DNA from: an uncultured Ruminococcus sp.
GTDB taxonomy: Bacteria > Bacillota > Clostridia > Oscillospirales > Ruminococcaceae
Direction: 5' to 3'
NCBI GenBank assembly: GCA_964480645.1
Contig: CAYZQU010000001.1
Coordinates: forward strand, 1-50,185
DNA: 50,185 bases
Shown here one piece after another: positions 8,295 through 17,439 of the stretch (position 1 is its first letter; each line of letters opens with the position of its first letter). The position numbers and the translations under genes are program-made. Below the pieces are notes generated by a model. It was not told the DNA's origin. It ran no database searches and saw only the letters and a program-made list of their open reading frames with translations.

Positions 8295-8783
8295 TCAGAA
8301 CGGATAGTCGTCCTTGTCGGCGGCGGCGAAATCGGGCGCGGGAGCTGCCGGTGCGGATTCCGCGGGAGCGGAATTGTATCCTCCGGAAGCCGAGCCTCCA
8401 CCATATCCGGGAGGCGGTTCGGTAAGCGGCGGCGCAGCGTTATATCCGCCTCCACCCTGACCGTTGGATTTCTCGCCGGTAAAGAACACATTTTCCACCT
8501 GTATTTCATACCATGTGGCGGGGTTTCCGTTTTTATCGGTATACTGTCGGGTTTGCATTTCGCCCTCTATCATAATCATACGACCCTTTGAGAAGAAGCG
8601 ACTGACAAACTCAGCTTTTTCGCGCCATGCTACAACATTGAAAAAGTCCGATTTTCTATCTTCGCCTTTTCTCTGGAAGTTTCTGTCAACCGCAATTCGG
8701 AACGAACAAGTCGTAATACCGTTGGGAGTTGTTTTAAGCTCCGGATCGTTGACAAGTCTGCCCATCATAAAAACCTTATTCAC
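8295..8783 (-). CDS. ssb: Single-stranded DNA-binding protein
   Basis: NKVFMMGRLVNDPELK OB fold, G/P-rich tail ending DDYPF; rpsF-ssb-rpsR synteny. Confidence 0.96.
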   Translation of the reverse strand: MNKVFMMGRLVNDPELKTTPNGITTCSFRIAVDRNFQRKGEDRKSDFFNVVAWREKAEFVSRFFSKGRMIMIEGEMQTRQYTDKNGNPATWYEIQVENVFFTGEKSNGQGGGGYNAAPPLTEPPPGYGGGSASGGYNSAPAESAPAAPAPDFAAADKDDYPF

Positions 8784-8824
8784 TAAAACACCTCCGATTC
8801 AAATCCGTCCTATTCCGTGTGGAA

Positions 8825-9118
8825 TCACTTCGCCAGTACGACCGCCGAACGCAGAACGCCATCGGTAATGTTGATGATACGCTCCAGCTCTGCGGGGAAG
8901 TCGGGCTTGGACTCGAACTTATAGAGAACATAATAGCCCTCGCCCTCGTAGTTGATTTCGTAAGCAAGCTTCTTCTTGCCCCACTCCTCAACACTATCGA
9001 GAGTTGCGTTCGACTTGATAAGCTCGGTGAACTTAGCTGTCAGTGCCTTGATCTGCTCCTCGTCCTTTTTGAGGGAGAAAACGATGACTGCCTCATACTT
9101 TTCGCTTAACTTTGCCAT
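8825..9118 (-). CDS. rpsF: 30S ribosomal protein S6
   Basis: YEAVIVF, EWGKKKLAYEI, GYYV motifs; ATG 9118 after AAGGAGGTG. Confidence 0.96.
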   Translation of the reverse strand: MAKLSEKYEAVIVFSLKKDEEQIKALTAKFTELIKSNATLDSVEEWGKKKLAYEINYEGEGYYVLYKFESKPDFPAELERIINITDGVLRSAVVLAK

Positions 9119-9121
9119 TTT

Positions 9122-9176
9122 ATAGCACCTCCTTATGGATATATATCCCACAATTTTTCGTGCGGGAAAGGATTTG
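9122..9176 (-). promoter_or_regulatory. Probable S6:S18 ribosomal leader RNA
   Basis: Minus strand TCCTT..TCCCGCA..TGTGGGA..CCATAAGGAGGTG: SD-sequestering stem with unpaired CCA, as in the known S6:S18 autoregulatory leader. Confidence 0.65.
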
Positions 9177-9200
9177 TCCGGCATTTGCCGATACTTATAT

Positions 9201-9229
9201 ATTATAACAGATTTTTCCGTAGTTGTCAA
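9201..9229 (-). promoter_or_regulatory. sigma-A promoter of rpsF-ssb-rpsR
   Basis: TTGACA-N17-TATAAT with extended TG on minus strand. Confidence 0.85.
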
Positions 9230-9240
9230 GGGGTTTTACG

Positions 9241-9276
9241 AAAAAAATTCTCCCCGCCGGAAAGGGGCGGGGAGAA
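9241..9276 (-). terminator. Intrinsic terminator downstream of the 9299-10281 cassette
   Basis: TTCTCCCCGCC/GGCGGGGAGAA stem followed on minus strand by a T run. Confidence 0.75.
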
Positions 9277-9298
9277 GTCTATTCAGTTAAAACACGAC

Positions 9299-9805
9299 TT
9301 ATTCGGCGATAACAAAGTCGCCTGCCCAAGTATGGAGTGTATTTGAATCAGGATAAAATAGGAATCCTTGACCGGTTGCTATTGCTTCTCCGTTTTCATT
9401 GGTTTCCCATCTTATAAGAACGTTTATCTTTTCGGTATTGCCAAATCTAAACGTTTTATATTCATAATCACCGCCCCAGTCCTCGATATCCGAGTCAACT
9501 TGACTTTTAAGTATTTCGGGGTTACCAGCCATAGACGGGTCGGTGATTCTTAAAGTAACATCTTCAAATGCCGCTCTCAAGTCATCGCTTTGGAATTTGA
9601 TGTTTCCGCCGTTAACAACGATGTACAAATCATCATTTTCGGAATTTCCGTCAATGTAATAGTTTCCACTCGGGATTGTAGCGGGCGGAGCGGGTTTATC
9701 TGCAGACGCTTCCTTTGGTCTGGACGCGATAACACATACTACCGCGATGACAGCAGCAATCAGTACCGCCGCGCAAGGAATGATTTTTTTCATAGTTTTT
9801 GTCAT
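9299..9805 (-). CDS. Hypothetical exported/membrane-anchored protein
   Basis: N-terminal hydrophobic anchor after MKK; AAAGGTGG SD. Confidence 0.7.
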   Translation of the reverse strand: MTKTMKKIIPCAAVLIAAVIAVVCVIASRPKEASADKPAPPATIPSGNYYIDGNSENDDLYIVVNGGNIKFQSDDLRAAFEDVTLRITDPSMAGNPEILKSQVDSDIEDWGGDYEYKTFRFGNTEKINVLIRWETNENGEAIATGQGFLFYPDSNTLHTWAGDFVIAE

Positions 9806-9837
9806 AATAAACCACCTTTCTAAGCATAAGGACAAGA

Positions 9838-10281
9838 TTAATTCTTTTCGTATGTTGGTCCTTTATCAATCAATGTTACCGAGATGACCTTTTTGAACCA
9901 TACAATTTTGACATCAACATCTCCTGCAATTGTAACGCCATTTATCCAACTGGTGCCGATAATATCTCCATTTTCATTAGCCTTGCGTACCTTGGGGAAA
10001 TTTGCTGAAAAACTAGTTGAATCTATGGCTACAGAATCTCCGGAGCCATTAAAGTTAATCCCGCGCTGACTATCATAAACACCTATTGCTGTAATAGGAT
10101 AGGTCGGGTTAGTGCTGCTAATTGTGAAAAATGATTCACTATTAGATGTGTTATAGTATGTACCGATATATGTTGAGTTTACGACATCGTTGGTAGCCGC
10201 GAATGATGTAACTGCTGTGAATGTCATAACAAATAACACCGCGCAGATAACGGGATACAAAACCTTGCTTTTTAACTTCAT
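9838..10281 (-). CDS. Hypothetical secreted protein
   Basis: Sec signal peptide (…TSFAA); GAGGAGGTG SD; own TTGATT-N17-TATAAT promoter at 10307-10335. Confidence 0.7.
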   Translation of the reverse strand: MKLKSKVLYPVICAVLFVMTFTAVTSFAATNDVVNSTYIGTYYNTSNSESFFTISSTNPTYPITAIGVYDSQRGINFNGSGDSVAIDSTSFSANFPKVRKANENGDIIGTSWINGVTIAGDVDVKIVWFKKVISVTLIDKGPTYEKN

Positions 10282-10443
10282 ATATTTCACCTCCTCTCTT
10301 TACTGTATTATATCATATACAACACTATAAATCAACTTGTTTTTGTAAAAAATAATGTGAATTACCAAAATTTCGGCGATATGCACAATTTACAGAGATG
10401 TATTATGTTAAATCGTACAGTAAGTATACTTTCGGTTTTAGTA

Positions 10444-10481
10444 CAAAAAAATCCCCCGCGTTCATACGTGGGGGATTCTTT
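10444..10481 (-). terminator. Intrinsic terminator of glgP
   Basis: AATCCCCCGCGT/ACGTGGGGGATT stem with T run on minus strand. Confidence 0.75.
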
Positions 10482-10499
10482 ATTGCGTGTGTTTGGCTG

Positions 10500-12860
10500 T
10501 TATTGAGGTGTGATCTTCCAAATCTCGCTTGCGTAATCGGCAATGGTGCGGTCGGAGCTGAACTTGCCCGCCGCGCACAAATTCAGCCAGCTCTTTTTGA
10601 TGAATTCTGCATGGTTGAATTTGAAGTCGCTGTTTGCTTTCAATTTCGCCTGAACATAATTCTCCAAATCGCCGAGAATGTAATAATGGTCGGGTTTGTG
10701 CCATGAAGCACCATCCAGAAGCGAGTAGTACAGCTCACGGAATATTCCCGAACCGCCGTCGTTGAACGTGCCGTCAATCAGCGTGTTGAGAACGCGTGCA
10801 ACACGGGTGTTTTCGGAGTAGATTTTACGCGGGTCGTAATTCGGCATAATTTGCGAGAGGTCCTCAACGCGCGCGCCGAAGATGTAGTTGTTCTCCTCGC
10901 CCGCCTCCTCGCATATCTCGACGTTTGCACCGTCGTAAGTGCCGAGAGTCATTGTTCCGTTAAGCATAAACTTCATATTGCCCGTACCCGAAGCCTCGGT
11001 GCCCGCAGTGGAAATCTGCTCGGACAGATCTGCCGCGATAACCAGCTTCTCCGCGTAGGATACATTGTAGTTCTGCACGAACACAACCTTAAGCAGACCG
11101 TTGATGGATGGGTCGTTGTTCACAAGATTGCCTATTTCGTTGATATACTTGATAATGCCCTTTGCGCGCGCATATCCGGGTGCGGACTTTGCTCCGAAAA
11201 TGAATGTTATGGGCGCGAGATTGTCCCTTGCGATACTTCCGTCCTTGATTCCGAAGTAGATATACAGAATCGAGAACGCGTTCAGAAGCTGACGCTTATA
11301 CTCGTGCAGACGCTTTATCTGAATGTCAAACATTGAGTCGGGATTAAGCTCCACGCCCTCGTGTTCCTTGATATACTTTGCGAGAGCGGCTTTGTTGGTG
11401 TGCTTGATTCCGCTGAACCGCGCCAATACCGATTTGTCGTCCGCATAGCGGCGCAACTCGGCGATTTTGGACAAGTCCGTAATCCAGCTTTCACTATTCA
11501 ACAGTTCACTGATGAGCTTCGCAAGCTGCGGATTGGCAAGCGCCAGCCAACGTCTTGGCGTAATTCCGTTGGTCTTGTTCTGGAATCTCTCCGGGAACAG
11601 CTCATACCAGTTGTGAAGAGCGGTATTTTTTAGAATCTCGGTATGGATTTTCGCAACTCCGTTTACATATTGCGAACAATAAATCGCGATTCGCGCCATA
11701 TGCACCATATTATCGCGCACGGGCATCATACTTTCGATTTTCTCGCGCGGAATATTGCGGCGGTACATATCCGAGATAAACGTCTCGTTGATACGCAGAA
11801 TAAACGCGTAAACATCGGGCAGAAGTTCCGCGACAATGTCGCTTCCCCATTTTTCAAGCGCTTCCGCCATAATTGTGTGGTTCGTGTAGTTAAACGTCTT
11901 TTTGACAATCTCAAACGCCTGTTCAAACGGCATTCCGTACTTGTGTACAAAAATCCTGATAAGCTCCGGGATAGAGATTACCGGGTGAGTGTCGTTAAGC
12001 TGAATCGTGTTGTATTCCGCGAAAGTGCTTAAATCGCGTCCCGCGGCGAGGTGTTTTTTCACCAGATCCGCCATGGAAGCCGCGCTGAAGAAGTATTCCT
12101 GTTTCAGGCGCAGAATCTTGCCCTCTCGTGAATCATCGTTCGGGTACAATGTTCTGGAGATATTTTCCGCCTGAATCTGACCGGTAGTCGCCGCGAAATA
12201 GTCCCCGCGGTTAAACGCGTCAAAATCAAACGCGCATACGGGTTCCGCCTGCCACAGACGAAGCGTTCCCGCAAAGTCGTTCTTATATCCGAAAATCGGC
12301 ATATCATACGGAACGGCTTTTACATCGCCCGTGGTAAAGTGAACAACAACCTCGTCATCGTCTACGCGTCTGCTCCACGGGTCGCCATATTTTGTCCAGT
12401 CGTCCGCGTATTCGCGTTGAAAACCGTTCTCGATAACCTGCTTGAACAGTCCGTACTTGTAGCGGATTCCATAACCCGTAAGCGGTAGCTTCATTGTCGC
12501 GGCACTGTCCAAAAAGCACGCCGCAAGACGTCCGAGACCGCCGTTTCCGAGAGCCGCGTCTTCGATTTCCTCCAAATCCGACAGTGAGCCACCCGCGCTT
12601 TGGAGCAATTCTTCCGCGTAATCCGCAAGTCCCAGACACAGGATATTGTTATAAATCGCGCGTCCCATAAGGAATTCCATTGACAGGTACGCCGCTCCTC
12701 TGCCCTGCGGCGCGGAGCAGTTCATCATAGGAACAGCCTGCTTCATTATAGCACGGGAGAGTGCGTCGTGAAGCTGCGCGGGAGTCCGCTTTTTACCCTC
12801 AACGTGGCTTTCACGCAGAAGGTCCTCAAAATCGTTCTTCAGTAAAGTTTCGTCAATCAT
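10500..12860 (-). CDS. glgP: Glycogen/maltodextrin phosphorylase
   Basis: ALGNGGLGRLAAC, QLNDTHP, IKRLHEYKRQ, EASGTGNMKF (PLP lysine) motifs. Confidence 0.97.
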   Translation of the reverse strand: MIDETLLKNDFEDLLRESHVEGKKRTPAQLHDALSRAIMKQAVPMMNCSAPQGRGAAYLSMEFLMGRAIYNNILCLGLADYAEELLQSAGGSLSDLEEIEDAALGNGGLGRLAACFLDSAATMKLPLTGYGIRYKYGLFKQVIENGFQREYADDWTKYGDPWSRRVDDDEVVVHFTTGDVKAVPYDMPIFGYKNDFAGTLRLWQAEPVCAFDFDAFNRGDYFAATTGQIQAENISRTLYPNDDSREGKILRLKQEYFFSAASMADLVKKHLAAGRDLSTFAEYNTIQLNDTHPVISIPELIRIFVHKYGMPFEQAFEIVKKTFNYTNHTIMAEALEKWGSDIVAELLPDVYAFILRINETFISDMYRRNIPREKIESMMPVRDNMVHMARIAIYCSQYVNGVAKIHTEILKNTALHNWYELFPERFQNKTNGITPRRWLALANPQLAKLISELLNSESWITDLSKIAELRRYADDKSVLARFSGIKHTNKAALAKYIKEHEGVELNPDSMFDIQIKRLHEYKRQLLNAFSILYIYFGIKDGSIARDNLAPITFIFGAKSAPGYARAKGIIKYINEIGNLVNNDPSINGLLKVVFVQNYNVSYAEKLVIAADLSEQISTAGTEASGTGNMKFMLNGTMTLGTYDGANVEICEEAGEENNYIFGARVEDLSQIMPNYDPRKIYSENTRVARVLNTLIDGTFNDGGSGIFRELYYSLLDGASWHKPDHYYILGDLENYVQAKLKANSDFKFNHAEFIKKSWLNLCAAGKFSSDRTIADYASEIWKITPQ

Positions 12861-12881
12861 ATTTTTCTCCTTATCTTAAAA

Positions 12882-13006
12882 GCAAATCCAAAACCGTGCA
12901 GATGAGCGATGCTCATCTGCACTCGCCTGAGCGTTGCAGAATGACCGCTTGCGGTCATTCACACACCGCTGCGCGTTGTGCCGTGACGCTCGCGTTTTGG
13001 ATTTGC
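12882..13006 (-). repeat. Complete three-way-junction element in glgP leader
   Basis: Minus strand GCAAATCCAAAA...GTGC-hairpin-GCAC-GG-TTTTGGATTTGC-TTTTAAGATAAGGAG-ATG. Confidence 0.85.
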
Positions 13007-13256
13007 ACCAATCTCTATAACCTTGATTGGGGTTGTATTGAGAGCCTGTTTTCACAATGTTTCCTATACGCTTTTAACTGTACACACTCATATTGTACCA
13101 CATTTTTCCGACAAAATCAAGGGCAGAGTTGAAAATATGACAGTTTTTAACTGAAATGATTAATTTTTGGTGAAATTGCACATAAGCAGGGATGAAAATT
13201 CTACATTCTAATTCCCATAAAATGTCAAAATATTCAAAAAAGTTTCAAAAGAATAC

Positions 13257-13285
13257 TTGAAAAACAAAATTGGTTATGTTATAAT
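13257..13285 (+). promoter_or_regulatory. sigma-A promoter of the pil operon
   Basis: TTGAAA-N17-TATAAT with extended TG. Confidence 0.75.
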
Positions 13286-13444
13286 TAAAGTGAACATACA
13301 GTGGGTTAGGGTGAGTTGCGCCCAAAAATAAACCGATACCGCCGTACCGAATGACGGACAATTCGAGTGCGGTCAGTGTCGATTTTGATAAAATCCGCTG
13401 AAATAAACGGCAAATTCGCGTTGCCGTGGAACGGAGGTTTTCAG

Positions 13445-14635
13445 GTGAATAAATTCTCTTATGTTGCCACCGACCCCAACGGTAGGACGATCCGAGGCTC
13501 GGAAATGGCGGAGGACTACAAAGACCTGCAAGTAAAACTGAGAGAGCAAAAACTGTACATCACCAGTTATCGCGATTTAGGTCAGGGCGGAAACGATGTG
13601 AAGTACAAGTTTAAGATCAAGGAGGTTTCGTTCATCGCGCGCCAGCTGGCGTCAATGTCTTCCGCGGGCTTGTCTCTTGTAAGAGCATTGTACATACTTC
13701 AGGAACAGCAGGAAAACAAGAAGGCGAAGGCGGTTCTGCTGGACATTTACGAAGAAGTACAAAAAGGTAAAGCGTTTTCGGACGTTCTCAGATCTAAGCC
13801 GGGCGTTTTCCCGGATATGTTTGTAAGTATGGTTGCCGCAGGTGAGGCTTCGGGTACGTTGGACGATATGTTCAACCGATTGTCCGACCACTTTGCAAAC
13901 AGCAACAAGACCGCAAACAAGGTTAAATCGGCGATGGTTTACCCGATTATCCTGTTTGTACTGCTGATTGCGGTTATTATACTGCTGTTCGTGGCGGTTA
14001 TGCCGTCGTTTGCGGGAATGATGAAAGAGGAGGATATGTCGGGGCTTTCAAAGGCTCTGCTCGCCTTTTCGGATTCACTGATTAATCAGTGGTACGTTTA
14101 CATCATCGTAATTGTCGCGGTTGTCATTGGCATTATGATTCTTATGAGAACACCTCAGACGCGAATGAAAATAGACGAATACATACTGAAAATCCCGAAA
14201 GTCGGTAAGCTGGTTGCTACCGTGTATACCGGTACGTTTGCGAGAAATATGTCCAACCTTTACGGAGCGGGCTTGCAGATGATCGAATGTATTGAAAAAT
14301 CCATTTCGACCGTCAACAATATGTATGTAAGGAAACGTTTCGAGGAAGTTGTGGATTCGATTAAGCTCGGTGAGAGTATGTCGATTTCCATAGAAAAAAC
14401 AGGGATTTTTGAGGGAATGTTCACCTCGATTATCTATGTCGGCGAAGAATCCGGTACGCTGGATACTATCCTCCGCAAGGCGGCGGAATATTATGAGGAA
14501 GAAGCGGACAGCGCGATTAGCAGACTGGTTGGTATGATGGAGCCGTTGATGATTATTATCATGGGTGTAGCTATCGGTTTGTTCCTTGCGGGTATGTTCC
14601 CGTTGCTGTACGGCGGAATGACAAACATTACATAA
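13445..14635 (+). CDS. pilC: Type IV pilus inner membrane platform protein (T2SSF family)
   Basis: FSYVATD..G N-terminus, two T2SSF repeats (AAGEASGTLD; VGEESGTLD), MEP motif; GTG start at 13445 after GGAGG. Confidence 0.93.
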   Translation: MNKFSYVATDPNGRTIRGSEMAEDYKDLQVKLREQKLYITSYRDLGQGGNDVKYKFKIKEVSFIARQLASMSSAGLSLVRALYILQEQQENKKAKAVLLDIYEEVQKGKAFSDVLRSKPGVFPDMFVSMVAAGEASGTLDDMFNRLSDHFANSNKTANKVKSAMVYPIILFVLLIAVIILLFVAVMPSFAGMMKEEDMSGLSKALLAFSDSLINQWYVYIIVIVAVVIGIMILMRTPQTRMKIDEYILKIPKVGKLVATVYTGTFARNMSNLYGAGLQMIECIEKSISTVNNMYVRKRFEEVVDSIKLGESMSISIEKTGIFEGMFTSIIYVGEESGTLDTILRKAAEYYEEEADSAISRLVGMMEPLMIIIMGVAIGLFLAGMFPLLYGGMTNIT

Positions 14636-14784
14636 TAACCCGCGTATTCCAAGATTATCCGATAAGAACTTCACTCTCCGCAGGTTACAAAATTATACGG
14701 AGAGCAAAACAAACCGAGCAGACGCGGCTTGGCACAGAAAATCCTCCGTTTGCGGTTTGAAAATAAAAACTATGAGGTGAATTT

Positions 14785-16434
14785 ATGCTTTCTATTGATA
14801 TTACCGACAGACAAATAAAGCTTGTCAGAGGCGTACACAGTGGTAACAAAATCAAGATTCAGGATGCCGATATGCGCGAGCTTACACTGGGTATGGTCAC
14901 TAACGGGTTCATCAGCGATGTTCCGATGGTGGCTTCAGAGCTGAATGACATTATCAAGTCCAGAGACATCAAGGAGAAGGAGGCTGTCGTTTCGATTACT
15001 TCAAGTAACATCGTTTACAAGGAGTTAACCATCGCGAAGCCCAAGAATATGAAGAACACCGCGATTATTGAGGCTATGATTCAGTCGGAAATGAACGTTT
15101 CAACCGATTACAACATATCCTTTAGTATAGCGGGAGAAACCGAGGACAGCGAACATAACAAGATGCTTAAGGTTATGGCGGCGGCTTGTCCTCAAAGACT
15201 GGTTGACGGTTACATAAGACTTTTCCAGCATATCGGGCTTACGCTCAGGGCTGTGAACATCTCAAACAACTCTATTACACGGCTTATTACGAATACCCCG
15301 AAGCTCTCCGACAGAATGCCGATCCTGCTTATCCAGATTGACAAGAGCTTTTTGAATATGAACCTATATGAGGACAATCGGCTGTCGTTCTCGCGATATT
15401 CCAACATCGACCCCGCAGACTACGATGATGCTCCCGATTATGTTACTCACGCGGTTTATGACAACCTGTTCCGTATGATTCAGTTCATTCGCAGCAGAAA
15501 GAACACGCGCGGACTTCAGGAGATTCTGTTCTATGGCGAAATCGACAGCTTTATGGAGATTTCAAACGCCATAGCGCAGTTCAATATTTCGTCAAATATG
15601 CTCTCCATGCCGAGCAATATTCAGGCATCGGTGCAGTTTGACTTCTCGAAATTTGCGAACGCCATCGGCGCGCTGTATCAGCGTAATAAGGAAACCGACC
15701 ACATCAATCTGTTGGAGGCAACGTCGGCGAAGGCGTCTAAAGGCTCGGATAAATTCCTGCTGGGCTTGGTGGGAGTTATGGCGGCTTCAGCAGCGGTTGT
15801 CGGCGGAGCGATAGGCGTTGTAAGCATAATTGATAACAGTTATACAAACACCACGAAAAAGCTTGAAGCTGACATTACAGCACTTGAGCCGACTTTGGCA
15901 ATCGTTGACGCCCGCACCACAATGCTTGAGGGCTTCAACCAATATAACAATACGATTCAATCGGTTAAGAACCTCTTTAACTATACTCCGAAGATTACGG
16001 GTCAGGTGTTTGATAAATTGCGTGAGCCGCTTGCGGAGAATAGCGGACTTTTGGAAGAAAATCAGCAGCTTGATATAGAGTCTGTGACTATTGATGGCAA
16101 TGATGTCACAGTGGCTTATAAGGGCAGCTCGGTCGGTGACCCCTCGCCTATTCCGGCGAAGCTTACCGAATATATGGCGACTAAAGTATTAAATAAATAC
16201 AACGACCCATATTTCGAGAATATAATATACGAAGGCTTTACTAAGGAGAATGTGAACGATTGGGGCGTATACGCAACGCTTACCTCGGACAACAAAATTT
16301 ATGACACGGTGTTCTCGTTCAACATAGTAATGACTCTGCCTATGGGCAACGATGAGGAACACGCGGATATCAACCTGGAAGATGCTGCAGATAATGTTGT
16401 AATAGATGACAATAATTCGGAGGTGACCGGCTAA
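14785..16434 (+). CDS. pilM: PilM-like actin-fold protein fused to a PilN-like TM/extracellular domain
   Basis: MLSIDITDRQIKLV start, AIGAL end of PilM fold, then INLL motif typical of PilN, a TM helix and a coiled coil. Confidence 0.8.
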   Translation: MLSIDITDRQIKLVRGVHSGNKIKIQDADMRELTLGMVTNGFISDVPMVASELNDIIKSRDIKEKEAVVSITSSNIVYKELTIAKPKNMKNTAIIEAMIQSEMNVSTDYNISFSIAGETEDSEHNKMLKVMAAACPQRLVDGYIRLFQHIGLTLRAVNISNNSITRLITNTPKLSDRMPILLIQIDKSFLNMNLYEDNRLSFSRYSNIDPADYDDAPDYVTHAVYDNLFRMIQFIRSRKNTRGLQEILFYGEIDSFMEISNAIAQFNISSNMLSMPSNIQASVQFDFSKFANAIGALYQRNKETDHINLLEATSAKASKGSDKFLLGLVGVMAASAAVVGGAIGVVSIIDNSYTNTTKKLEADITALEPTLAIVDARTTMLEGFNQYNNTIQSVKNLFNYTPKITGQVFDKLREPLAENSGLLEENQQLDIESVTIDGNDVTVAYKGSSVGDPSPIPAKLTEYMATKVLNKYNDPYFENIIYEGFTKENVNDWGVYATLTSDNKIYDTVFSFNIVMTLPMGNDEEHADINLEDAADNVVIDDNNSEVTG

Positions 16435-17405
16435 TGAAATTAAGTAAGCAGGAACGAATCGGACTTATGATTATTATTGCGGTGGTTATTCTGGCTTTGG
16501 GTGGTTTTTTGATGGTAAAGCCCAAGATCGAGGAATCGATCCGCAATAAGGAAACAATGGAAACCAAACAGAAGGAGTTTGACGAGAAGAAAGCCAAGGC
16601 TGATACCAAAGACTCGCTTAGACAGCAGATTATGGACGCTTATGAAGAAGGCGCGCATACGGCGGATATGTTCTTCTCGGAGATGGACGGGTATGAGGTT
16701 GACGATATGTTCAGAGAATTTCTTGAAAACAGAACGTACACCAAGCCCGGCGACACCAAGGCTCAGGATAAAGCCAAGGTTCTGATCGAGCAGCTGGAAA
16801 TCAGTGAACTCGGTACGGAAACGCTTACTCCCTCCTTTACAACTATTAAGCCAATATCTTATCCGCTTAAGCAATTCGCAACGCAGGGTGGTGTGACGCT
16901 TTCAGAGGAAGAGGAAGCAAGACAATTAAGAAGGGCAGTTCTGGCGGCTGTGCTTGGTGAGGAACAGACTATCGGCGCGACCACTATTGAGTTTACAGCC
17001 AAGGCTATTTCCAATGATGAACTCATCAAATTCGCGGACGAAATCAACAACTTTGTTCGTGATGAGAATGGAGATTCTGTACGAAAGGCAATGATGTCTC
17101 AAGGTATTACTCTTACTTATAATGATGTTACCAAAAAGTATGAGGATATGATTGATGAAATCGAAGAGAAAGCTGAGGCTGAGGGTAAGACAGCGTTTGA
17201 GCAAAATACCGGACTGTCAGCAGGCAACGACTCAGGTACGAATATTCCGACTCCCTTGCCCGATGGTGACAGTAAAGATAAGGGCGATGTTTCGGATTAT
17301 ATCTGCAAATGGGAGAACACTCTGACGCTTTACAGTGTTGAGCGTATGCAGAATCCCAAATCCATTCTCGATGCTCAGGACGGAATTGCTTCATCGGAAG
17401 AATGA
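16434..17405 (+). CDS. PilO-like pilus alignment protein
   Basis: MKLSKQER + TM helix + coiled coil; coupled to pilM/N. Confidence 0.65.
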   Translation: MKLSKQERIGLMIIIAVVILALGGFLMVKPKIEESIRNKETMETKQKEFDEKKAKADTKDSLRQQIMDAYEEGAHTADMFFSEMDGYEVDDMFREFLENRTYTKPGDTKAQDKAKVLIEQLEISELGTETLTPSFTTIKPISYPLKQFATQGGVTLSEEEEARQLRRAVLAAVLGEEQTIGATTIEFTAKAISNDELIKFADEINNFVRDENGDSVRKAMMSQGITLTYNDVTKKYEDMIDEIEEKAEAEGKTAFEQNTGLSAGNDSGTNIPTPLPDGDSKDKGDVSDYICKWENTLTLYSVERMQNPKSILDAQDGIASSEE

Positions 17406-17439
17406 TTTTGAACGTCCATTGACTTGAAAGGAGGACATT

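Noticed and set aside
13290-13444. c-di-GMP riboswitch in the pilC leader
   Set aside because: Some hairpins (e.g. ACGGCAA/TTGCCGT) but not the GGCAAA..GAAA..GACGCAAA..CTAA pattern of class I, nor a clear class II pattern; needs cmscan.
14700-14775. Another copy of the three-way-junction element before pilM
   Set aside because: Only a vague resemblance (GCAAAAC..GGTTTGAAAATAAAA); closing stem and arms do not fit well enough.
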